Below are positions 53,339 to 64,000 of a DNA stretch of 64,000 bases, in pieces (position 1 is the first letter of the stretch; each line of letters begins with the position of its first letter). The notes below the pieces were generated by a model that was not told the origin of the DNA, did no database searches, and saw nothing but the letters and a program-made list of their open reading frames with translations. The translations under genes and the position numbers were made by a program. Source of the stretch: Geosiphon pyriformis uo1 (taxonomy: Eukaryota > Fungi > Glomeromycota); contig JAAOMT010000312.1 in assembly GCA_016748015.1 (NCBI GenBank), positions 17,935 to 81,934 on the forward strand. The letters run 5' to 3'.

Positions 53339-54195
53339 TGTTACTCATAAAATATAAGAAGTATATTAGCATATAAATTAGCCAATTAGAAGTAGCCATA
53401 GTAAATGTGGAATTCCAGGATTCCTCTTAAGAAAAATTGCAAGATTCCAGGAATTTCAGGATTTCCATACAAGAAATTGCAGAATTCCAGAATTCCAAGA
53501 TTCCTCTTAAAAGAAATTGCAGGATTCTAAGAATTCTAGGATTCCTGGTGTAAAAAATTGAGGAATTGAGAAATCTTAATTATGTATATATAGCAGTAGT
53601 ATTGGAAGCAGAAAGAGACAGAATCTTTTAGTTAGAGACCTCTTGGTTTAGATTTGATCTAAGCAATCTTCCATTTACAAATATCAATAAATAAATATTC
53701 ACTATCTTCACTATCAATCCTTCATGTTAATAGTAATTGATACTTAACCATACTAGAACAATAGCTCTTGATTACGGCTATTGACAGAATACTACCTTGC
53801 AATTGCTTTTACTTGTTTCTTTATTTTCTTTTATTTTCTTTTTATTTCTTTGTTATTTCTTTGGTTTTTACTAAATTGATTAAGGATTAAGCACTAAGAT
53901 ACAGACATCATAGGGACTGGTAAAAGACCCATAAAACAAGGGTAAAACATTCATAGATTTAAGGATAGCTTACCAGGAAGATTACTGGCCATCACACTGA
54001 AAAAAAAATTTGATGGAATTGCAATTCTGGAAGACTACTAAAAACAACTATTAAATCTCTGTCCATTATACAAAAAACTCCACAATAAAACCTTCAGATC
54101 AACAAAATCTTTAGATATTAACACCAAAATACCAACCAAGCACCAAGTTACAGATCTGTTATTTGCTTTGAGACCCCAAATAATTATCTGTAACA
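53339..54195 (+). mobile_element. Solo LTR D inserted in the 3' LTR of C
   Basis: Complete LTR with an exact 4-bp TSD gtgc (53335-53338 / 54196-54199). Removing it restores ttaagtgctgaa, as in the 5' LTR of C. Confidence 0.92.
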
Positions 54196-56839
54196 GTGCT
54201 GAAGTATTGACATCAAGAATTGCCTGGTAAAAGACCCCTGTGAGTGGATAGAGCACATAAAAAAATTACAGATTACTTACTAGAGGATTGCCAGTCACCA
54301 AGCCAAGAAAAAAAATTGATAGAATTGTGATTCTGAGAGACTACTAAAAACAACTATTAAATCTCTGTTCATTATACAAGAACTCCAACTCAAAATCTTC
54401 AGATTACCAACTCAACAGAAACTATTATCAAGAGATTGATTGAGCACCAAATTACAGATTTGTTATTTGCTTTGAGACCCCAAATAATTACTTGTAACAA
54501 CACCACAAACCAGGAAAACTACACACCAATATTAATAGTCTTTCAAGAATGAAACAAGATTAACACCACCAACAATTCCACTACAATTTACCACTACCAA
54601 CAAAACAACAAAACAACAATGGATCCCAGAAATTATAACAACCTTAAAAACTATTTGGAGACTCTTACCATACCAAAAAATTGGTCTCCAAGTGAAAAAC
54701 ATCAATTACAACACCAATTCAAACAATATTTTATACATTACAACAAAATCTATTATAAAAATTGTAAAAACCCAAACCAACCACTCAAACTAGTATAAAA
54801 AAATGAAAAAGAAACAATCCTATACAACATGCATACAGATTTATCTTCAGCACACTTGGGAAGAGATAGAACAATTCAAAAAACTCTTGAACATTATTTT
54901 TGGCCTCACATACAAAAAAACATTTGACAATATGTAGAATCTTGTGATAGTTGTCAAAGAAGAGAAGGAACTTGTCCCACAGAATCTTTAAATCCAATCA
55001 AAGTTGGACAACCTTTTGACAGAGTTGGAATTGATTTAGTCGAATCATTACCTATTACAACCCAAGGAAATTGTTATATTATAGTGGCAGTAGATTATCT
55101 CACCAAATGGCCTGAAGCTAGAACCATCCAAAGAACAGATACAAAATCAATAACAAATTTCATCTATAAAGACATTATTTGTAGGCATAAATGCCCAATT
55201 GAACTTTTATTTGATCAAGGAACACATTTTGTGAACAATTTGATACAAAAAATTTGTGAACAATTCAATATCAAAAGACTTTTATCATCACTTTATCACC
55301 TCTAAACAAATGGACTTGTAGAATGTTTTAACAAAACATTGTGTGAATCTTTAGCCAAAGTCTCAACAGATTTTGAGCAGGAATGGGATATCTTTATTTT
55401 ATCAGTATTACTAGTATACAAAACACTAAATCAAGATACTATGAAACACATACCATTTGATTTTACTTATAGAAGAACAGCAACATTACCAATTAATTTC
55501 ACAGTGAAAACATATTTAGTACAACCAATCAATGAAGAAAACTTCCAAGAAACACTCTAAAAAAGAGCCTACACTCTTCTTAATATATTAGAAGGAAAGA
55601 AACACATAGCAGTCACTCATATTGAACACTCTCAAACCCTACAAAAAGAAAGACATGACAACAAATTGCCACCAGTTACCAACGAATTTAAAGTTGGAAA
55701 CAAAGTTCTCTTACACAGAACTAAGGCTGAAAAACAATAGAGTAGAAAATTTGAACATAAATGGAATGGACCATTTTATATTTACAAAATTCTAGGCAAT
55801 AGATTATACAAGTTAAGACTTGATGACAAAGTACTGGCAAAAGTTGCACATGGAGATAGACTAAAACACTATCATTTCAAAAACAATCCTGAACCATTAA
55901 TTCTACAAATTGGTACATATTTCTTTTTAGTTAATCCTGAAGATATTCTCCAAAATTTAGAACCAATAGTTATAATAGAACAACAATCAAACTTGAACAC
56001 TTAATTTAACATTTTTAATAAAATCTCTTCTAAAAATACAAACATAAAAACAAAAATAGTAAATAATTACAAGAAACACTCAAACCCAAAAACAAATAAA
56101 AACCCTATACCCAAAAATAATTTCTTTATTCTTTTTATTTAGTTAATTTTATTATGATTATTCTCCAAAATATCCAACAAATATTCCAAAAATTAATGTT
56201 AGCCTTGAAAACACTTTCTAACTTATCCATAACAATTAATGGAAGTCAAATTAATTACATTTAGAAAAAAACCACAGCCCTAGTAGTAAATAATTCTCAG
56301 AACTATTACTCCTATAAAAAAAACAAGAGGTCACTCTGAAAATAGGTTACCAGAACTTTTGAAGCAAGCACTGAAAAAAAACCTTCTAATTGCTCCTATC
56401 AACATTCTACCAAATATCACAATTTAACAAAAACTTCTACTATTCCTTAATGAACAAAACAATAAACATACTCTTATATATAGATATTTTCATATTGGAA
56501 AAACACTTTATGAACGAAAACTGGAACTTGAAGCAACCAACATTACTCCTGAGACTATACAAAAACAAATTTACAATGAATTCAAGACAGCAGCTGGACT
56601 AACAAACACTCACTACAAACTTAAAACAGCATTTAGACTCTATAATTTATTCAATACTTGTGAAAACATCCTACAAAATCCAATACTCCATCCAATAAAG
56701 ATTCAATACATTAGAAAACTTACAGAACTGAAATTTCAACAATTTTCAAACCAGATTACTTCAATTATCTTGGACTACTATCTTAACATTACAGATAGTA
56801 CTTGAACTTCAATAGAGCTCAGTCTTAAGGAGAAGATTA

Positions 56840-57812
56840 TGTTACCAGTAGAATTTAGCTATTAATTAACATGAAATTACCCTCATAATTCCTATTATTA
56901 ATTAGCATACATTATTATTTATTTTAATTATCACTTATTATTTAATCAAATTATCAAATATCATTACTCAATTAATAATCTGATTTGTACTCTAGAAATT
57001 AAGATGATCAAATTACACAATATCTTGAACCATTTAACATAGTTAAAATTCGCCGAAATCAATGGAAATTGGCCAAAATAATTAATAGTTCAGTAAAATA
57101 ACTTGTAGTTTGCCAAAATGTATCTTTAGTTCACCCAAATTGTAACAAAGAGAAAAGTGCAAGTTCAAAGTCTAGTACTACAGCAAGTTGTATAAAAAAA
57201 AAGCTTCTCTCTTTAAAAAAATGTATTTTCTCATAGTATCTTATCATAGTACTTTACTTTAGATATCTTAATTGAAACAAATCACTTTTTTATACATTCA
57301 AATAAAAATTAAAATATTTAAAAACCAAATCCTTAAATTATTACACTTGAAATTTCCTCAACACAACTAATATTTTAAAATTTATTAGCTACCAATTTCA
57401 ATAATCTGTTAGTGATTCCAGGTCTGGATAAAAAACGTTTCTCTTAACACAATTCTATTTCTTTTACATTTCTTTTATTTTTTTTTTATTTTCTTATTAT
57501 AATCATTAGGGTAGCCTACAGACGAGATTCCTGTAGAAGAGTTGACTTTCACAGCAAAGTAACTATACATTTTTAGTGAACTTCCAGACAAGCAATTTCT
57601 GAGAAAGAGTTAACATTTACTACAATATAATTATACAAAGTAACTGGCAAGAAATTGGCCATTTTACTTATAAGTCCAGCAATTCAAATTATAGGAGATA
57701 ATTTAGAGATAATTTTAGTTACTGGAGGTTCAACTACTTCTTGAAAATGTGAATTCACAGCAAATCAACATTAACAACATTCAAGAAAAGAGACCAAAAA
57801 CCTCTGGTAACA
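56840..57812 (+). repeat. 3' LTR of element B
   Basis: Follows the PPT and is a direct repeat of 36088-37059. Confidence 0.95.
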
Positions 57813-57883
57813 ATAGTTATACTATAATTAATTTTTACAGTTTTTTAGATTAAGCAATAATATAAAAAATTCTTTAATTTTAA

Positions 57884-60800
57884 TGTAAAGATAAGTATAT
57901 TAGTCTTAATTAACATTAATTTTGATTTATGTTAAATTTTTGTTTAATAAATTATTACTATTTTCTTATTTAAAAATCTAAAGATTAGCTTAGTGAGTTT
58001 TTCTTAACTTCTTAGTAAGTATTAAATAATTTTCTTTGGTAAATGTTTTTGTTATTGGATTTAATATGTGGCATAATGTTTTTGTAAAAATTATTGTTAG
58101 TAGTTGCTACTATACTAATCTTTCAAGAAAAATTTTTGTTGTATTTTTATACTTCCAATTGTGTTTTTTCTTGAAGCTCTTACAAAGATATATTTTTTAT
58201 TTTATGCTAATATCAGATGTCTGTATTTTTTTGTTTGTAATAAAACAGTACCCTATTTCTAATAAATTCAAAGAGAATTAAAAATAAAAAATAGAATTCA
58301 ACAAAATTAAAATTCATAAAATAATCCTGATTAAAGATTATTTTCCAAAGATATAGAGAGATTATTCTGAATTTTTAAGTTAATTAATGATTTTGGTTAA
58401 GATATTATTACAAGTAATTTCTAAATAATTTTATGTACTTAATATTTTTTTAATGTGTTTTCAATTTTGTTAAGCTTGAGTCTTGTTTATGTTTTTGTTG
58501 ATATATTAAATATTTTTACTATTGTTTTTATTTATAAAAAAACAATGATAAAAAAAGATAGTGGTCTTTTAAATTATTTGTGGAGGATCAAATTATAAAG
58601 AAAAAAGATCTTCATTTCTATTAATCTTAATATCACTAGATATTATAATACAAAGTTTAAAGAGCACACTTTTCAGTTTTTCTTGGATTTATAATTCAAT
58701 TCTTCTAACTTTTTTTTATTTATTTTGTCTAATTAACTTTTTTTTGTTTTTTATTATTTTTTTTTGTCTGTTTTTTTATTGGTTAGAAAGCTATTATATA
58801 TATACATATTTTGAGTTATATATGATTATGTTTATTTTAATTAATTAGTAAATAATTACTAAGTTATTAAATTTTTTATTTGACTGTAAGTGCTTTTTGG
58901 CTTATTTGTTTGTAATTATATTAAATTGGATGTATTTGTATATGTTTTGCACACTATTATGTACATGTTATGTTTTTTAATTTTATTTGTTAATCTGTAT
59001 TATTTATACTATTATTTAATAATTGGTTAATATATTATAATATTATTATTTTTGATTTTTGTTAATTTTTATTGGATAATATTATTTTTCTTTTAAGATT
59101 AAGCTCTATTAAAATTAATATGCATTTTTTCAATTTTAATATTTAATATACAGATCTGTATACTTATTTGAATTATTTATTCTTATAAGTCTTAAAATTT
59201 GTTGTTTATAAGTCTTTTAATTTTATTAAGAATATGTTTATTTTATTTGTTAACAATACTTTTTAACAGTATTAAAACAGCATATAAAATTAATATGTTG
59301 TTCTAAAATGGTGCTTAAAGTTGTTTTTTGTTTTGTTAATTTTCTTGCTATTTTTTTTGGTATAGATTGTTTAAAGGTCTAATTGTGCAGTTATTATAAA
59401 GTATATATAACAAAAAAAAGCAATTAAGTTTTTTTTTTTTGAGTGTTGTATTTTTTAATAAGCTAGAATGTTTTTATAATTTTATTAATTAATGTGTTAG
59501 TGTTTTTTTATTTTTTGCAGTAAAAGTTAACATAATTTGTGTTTGAGTTATTTTTTTGCATGGCTGAATTTCTTTTTTTATATAATATTTTAGAATTATT
59601 AAAAGTAATTTTTAATAAAAAATTATTTTATATAGTAACTGAAATAAAAGTTAAGTATTTATAATATCTTCAAATATATTTATAATAAAATAAATAAATA
59701 AATATTAAATTAAATTATTTTTATATATAAAATTAAAAAAATTATTTAATAATTTGATGTTTCTGATTTTTCTACTATTTTTGAAATTGTTTTTGTTTTT
59801 TTTAAATATTAATAATAATAATCCAAATATAATTAATTGGATTAATTGTTTTTTAAGTAATGTTTGATAATTACTATTGGCTTTAAGTCTTGTAAAATTT
59901 GATTAAAAAATACAATTGATATATATATTTCTAATTTGAGTGTTAATAGATCAAATAATTATTGTTAATAGTAAATTTTTAATTGGTTATTGTGTACAAT
60001 TTTCTTCAAAATTTTATTTCTTAAACATAACTTATATGCTTTATTACTCAAAATATTATAGACATAAAAAGATTTATCTTATTTGTTATTAAATTTTCTA
60101 CTCTATTGTTTTTCTGCTTTTGTTTAATATAATAAAACTTTGTTTCTTATTTTGTAGACAATAAGTTGTTCTAAAAGTTTGTTATTATGTTAGATTTTTT
60201 GTTGTTCTTAAGAATACTTAATATTATTAGTTGTGTATTGATGATTGTTTTTTAGTTTATTTAGCAGTTTGTAAATCTGTCTTTTAATAGTTTCTTATAA
60301 ATTGTTCTTGTTTATTGGTTCTGTTAGATAGATGTTTATTATTAGTTTTATAGGTAATATAACATTTTTTTTACATATTAATTCAAATGGTATAAATTTT
60401 GAAGTGTTATGTTTTAGTATTCAATAAGCCAATAAAATTAAGAAAATAAATAAATCTTATTTTTGTTCTATTTTATTGCTTATTTTTGCCAATAATTTGT
60501 ATAATGTTTTATTAAATATTCTACCAATTCATTTGTTTATGGATGGTAAAATAACAAAAAAAATTGTTTTATCCTAAAACATTGACTGATTTCAACAAAC
60601 AAATTGTTTACAAAGTGGGTTTTTTGATTTAAAAATAGCTTTTTTAGATAACTATATTTACAAATTAAATTTTTATATATAAAATTAGCAACTAATTTAG
60701 TGTCTATAGTTTTAATGGCCCTTGCTTTTGGCTATTTTGTTAAATAATTCATAATAACTGCAATGTATTGATTCCCTCTACTAGTAATAGTTAGTAATTC

Positions 60801-62961
60801 TACTAAATTAATTCTTATTATATCAAGTAGTTTTCCTATTTTAATAGATTATAATAGTTTGGTTATTTTTAATCCTCTCCTTTTTTAATATATATTGCAA
60901 TTATAAACATATTAAATAATATTAATATGCATTTTTAATCATTAGTACAGACTAGTTGTCTATTGAATTGTGATTTTTTTTGCAAAGTGTTTTGTATTTG
61001 GATCTGTATGTATGTTGCAAAAAATAATTTTTTTTTTAGTTTTGGTAATTATTCGGAATAAATTATATTGGTAATATTAATATAGTATATTGTTTTCAAT
61101 CAAATAATATTTAATTTGTTTTAAATTTTTGTTTGTTCTTTCAATAATAATTTTATTGGTAATTAAAGAATTGTAAAATAATATATTAGGTGTTGATATG
61201 TTTTGGTGTTTATTTTGATTGGATGATAAATAATTCTTGGTGGTTGTGTATTTTTTATTTGAAATAAACAGTTTGTGTTTATGTTTTTGGTGCTCTTTTT
61301 ATAAATAATGTTATATGTGTAGAATTGTAAAATAATAACCCATCTGGTATAAAGTTTTTCCAAAAAAGTTTTTGTTTATCAACCAAGTAAGTTTTTTGTG
61401 ATCTGTAATAATATTAAATAGATCATGTATTAAATATTGTCTAAAATATTTTATGGCTCATATAATTACAAAATATTCTATTTTATAAGCTGTGTAGCTT
61501 TTTTTAGCTATGTTTAGAATTTTGGTAATATATGTAAATATGTGTTTTTTTTATCTTGTTGTGATAATACAGTACCTAGACTTGTTTTAGAGACATCAGT
61601 TGTAAGTACAAATTTTTTGGTAAAATCGGAATATACTAAGATGAGAACTTTAATAAGCTTTTATTTTAAGTAATTAAATATTTATTCTTGTTTTTTACTT
61701 TATTTTTGTTTTGTATTTTTAGCTAATAATTGATTTAATAGTTAAGCTACTATTGAAAAGTTTTTGATGAACCTTCAGTAATATAAGACAAGTCTTAATA
61801 ATTCTCAAAGTTCAGTCAAATTCTAAGGACAAGAAAAATTTTTAACTCTCTTAATTTTTACAGAGTTGGGTTTTATTCTATTTTTTTAATAATATGCCTT
61901 AAAAAAATGAATTGTGATTTTCTAAAAAAGCATTTTTCGAGATTAAGTTTCAGTTTAACAGCCCAAAGTTTTTTAAAAACTTGTTGTAAATATTTAAGAT
62001 GCTTCTTAAATATTGGCAAAAACATATTTATGTTGTTTAAATAAACCATTATAGATTTTTACAAAATTCCAGAATAAACAACATTTATTAATTATTGAAA
62101 TGTTACAAAGTATTGGGTAATCTAAATAGCATTATATTAAATTTGTAATTGCTATTTTGAATTGTAAAAGTAGTTTTTTTTCAATTGTTAAGATTCTTAA
62201 CTATTTGCCAATATCTACTAGCAAAATTTAGAGTTAAGAACTATTTAAATTTTTTTAGAGTATCTAAAATTTTATTAATTTATAGTAAGAAATAAATATT
62301 TTTTTAATAACATTATTAAGTTTCTTATAGTTGATACAAAATTAGATTTTCTTATTTTTTTTTATACTAAAACAACAAATAAAAACTATAAGCTTATAAA
62401 AAATTGTATAAATCTGTTTTTTAATATTCAATTAACTTTTTTTTTTATAAAATTATGTTTGGATAGTAGTACTTAGTAGGCATATTGTTTAATAGATAAT
62501 CTATTTTTTGTATAAATCTAATAATAAACCAAGTTGGTTCATTCAAACTTATTTTTTTTGGCCAAAATGTCGAAGTATTTTAAGATAAGTGTTTTTAATT
62601 GTTTTTGTTATAAAGAGTCTAATAATCTAAAATTGAGCTTAATTAACTCTTTACTAATTATTTGGTAGTATTCAATACTTGGTTTTAACAAAATTAATTT
62701 AGTTTTATAATATAACACTAACTGAAGAAAGTTAAAGATTTCTTGGGATTTATATTAATTAATAATATCTGTGCTCAAATATTTTAGGACCATATTCTTA
62801 GGTAAGTATATTGTTTGTTTGAATAAGTTGTGAATAGGTATTTTAATTTACAGATAATTATAACATAATATATACAAATTAGTAAGATTAATTGGAAATT
62901 ATTCACAAAAAAAAGCATGTGGTTCAAATAAAAGATCTTTTTTTGTTGCTTTTTTGTATGT
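57884..62961 (-). mobile_element. Ty3/Gypsy element G, - strand, heavily decayed (3' LTR 57884-59081; IN, RH and RT remnants)
   Basis: On - strand: PPT context agagcttaatcttaaaagaaaaataa|tatta matches A and B. Integrase LTITSRGNQYIAVIMNYLTK*PKARAIK at ~60710-60800, RNase H VLTTDVSKTSLGTVLS at ~61560-61610, pre-RT YFDILAKKNKFE at ~62540-62585. Confidence 0.8.
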
Positions 62962-63408
62962 TGTTACTCATAGAAATTAAAAATTATAATAAACAGATAA
63001 AATAGCCAATCAGAAATAGGTATAGTAAAAAAAAAATTAAAAGATTTTAAAGAATTTTATATAACATAAATTATATATATATAATGAAAGTATTAAAAAC
63101 AGAAAAAGTATAAAAAAAAAGATAATTCAGTTCAGAACAACACTATTTTTCTCTTCAAAAAATAGTTTTTTATAACTTAAAGTAAAATTATACTTATATT
63201 AATAAAACATCTATTATTATCCAAATCCATATTACTATTATTTAATTAAAAAAATATTAATTTATTTTACACTATTAACACTCCATGTTGATAAATCCAA
63301 TATTTAATTACACTGAACCAATAATTCTTAATTACAGCTATTAATAAAATACTAATTTATTTTTTTATTTTTTTATTTTATTTTATTTTATTTTTTTGTT
63401 GTTTATGA
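62962..63408 (+). repeat. Decayed LTR F (A/C-related), interrupted
   Basis: Starts tgttactcatagaa...agccaatcaga, then a TATA and degenerate copies of the two LTR hairpins. Confidence 0.8.
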
Positions 63409-64000
63409 TGTTACAAGTAATTATTTGGGGTGTTGATACAAATAACAAACTCATAACTTAATGCTTAATAGCTGGATAATATTGGTAATATCTAAAAATT
63501 TGGTAATTTGAAGGTTTTGGTTAAGTTTTTTGTATAATAAACAGAGATTCAATGGTTGTTTTAATAGTCTTCCAGAATAGTTATTTTGTCAAATTTTTTT
63601 CTTTAGTGTGATAACTGGTTTATTTTGGCAGTTATGCCCTTTTGATAAGTTATTTTCAGTTTTTGAATTCTTTACCCTTATTTCTAGATCTTTTATGAAG
63701 CTATTCTTGATGTCAAAATACTCAATATTTAATTCTTGTAATCAATTTAGTAAACAGCAAAGAAATAAAACAAAGAAAATAAAAAAAATTAGTATCCTAT
63801 CAATAGTTATGATCAAAAGTTATTGGTCTAATGTAGTTAAGTATTAGATTCTATTAACATGAAGTGTTGATAGAATAAAGATGATTAATATTCTTTAATT
63901 AAATAATGATAACATAAATTCAAGTGATAATTGATATTTTATTAATGTGTAATTTGATTCCACTACAAATTGTAAAAAACTATATTTTAAAGGAAAGAGT
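63409..64000 (-). repeat. LTR H (A/C-related), antisense, inserted in F; runs off the window
   Basis: tgttacaagtaattatttgggg is the reverse complement of the LTR 3' end. Hairpin motifs at ~63800-63875. Confidence 0.8.

Larger units (their letters stand above)
42670..54499 (+). mobile_element. Ty3/Gypsy LTR retrotransposon C (relative of A), inserted in the RNase H end of B
   Basis: 5' LTR 42670-43532; 3' LTR 52777-53338 plus 54200-54499. Decayed PBS ttagtgctttctataagg; flanks atac/acac. Gag 43596-46700, PR ~46840, Cys-rich domain plus dUTPase in ORF 47941-49263, RT YLDDINVFS at ~49885, integrase 50718-51960, ORF3 from 52124. Confidence 0.93.
36088..57812 (+). mobile_element. Ty3/Gypsy LTR retrotransposon B (distinct LTR family), split by element C; own parts 36088-42669 and 54500-57812
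   Basis: LTRs at 36088-37059 and 56840-57812 (TGTTACC...GTAACA). PBS tggtgctctccca and PPT aaggagaaga. Gag from 37105 (knuckle CHYCG), PR LILDSGSAG, dUTPase 40455-40885, RT 41400-42200, RNase H rejoining across C (YII|HHKPGKLH), integrase 54620-55900. Confidence 0.93.

Noticed and set aside
34871-59081. Foldback or long-TIR DNA transposon
   Set aside because: The right arm is directly preceded on the - strand by a PPT and Gypsy pol remnants, so the arms are LTRs.
13976-63847. Numerous antisense or alternate-frame ORFs within the retroelements
   Set aside because: They are shadows of decayed gag, pol and LINE frames or of LTR repeats, not independent genes.

Overview
This is very AT-rich eukaryotic DNA, most likely from an early-diverging fungus. 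The short GT-AG introns, the UBC9 sequence and the style of the retroelements suggest a Glomeromycota/Mucoromycota genome such as Geosiphon; this assignment is inference. One small unmutated, CpG-retaining island (~8.6-12.9 kb) holds a head-to-head gene pair: a STEEP1/CXorf56 homologue (- strand, 3 exons) and the SUMO E2 UBC9 (+ strand, 7 exons). The island also holds two ORF-less structured elements. The most striking is at 8680-8871: three tandem three-way-junction RNA units with an invariant 9-nt loop (UCUAGAAGG, containing the palindrome UCUAGA) spaced exactly 66 nt apart, whose stems differ in sequence yet keep pairing. A second folded domain follows at 8886-9030. The other element is a strongly base-paired UBC9 intron 5. 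The rest of the window is a transposon graveyard: two RNase H-bearing LINEs (- strand), four Ty3/Gypsy copies (three nearly complete) and several solo or partial LTRs, nested several levels deep. The three near-complete Gypsy copies carry a Cys-rich domain and a dUTPase between protease and RT, and an extra ORF after integrase. All repeats are riddled with C>T/G>A transitions in every dinucleotide context. All structures and alignments were derived by eye; no folding or database search was run.
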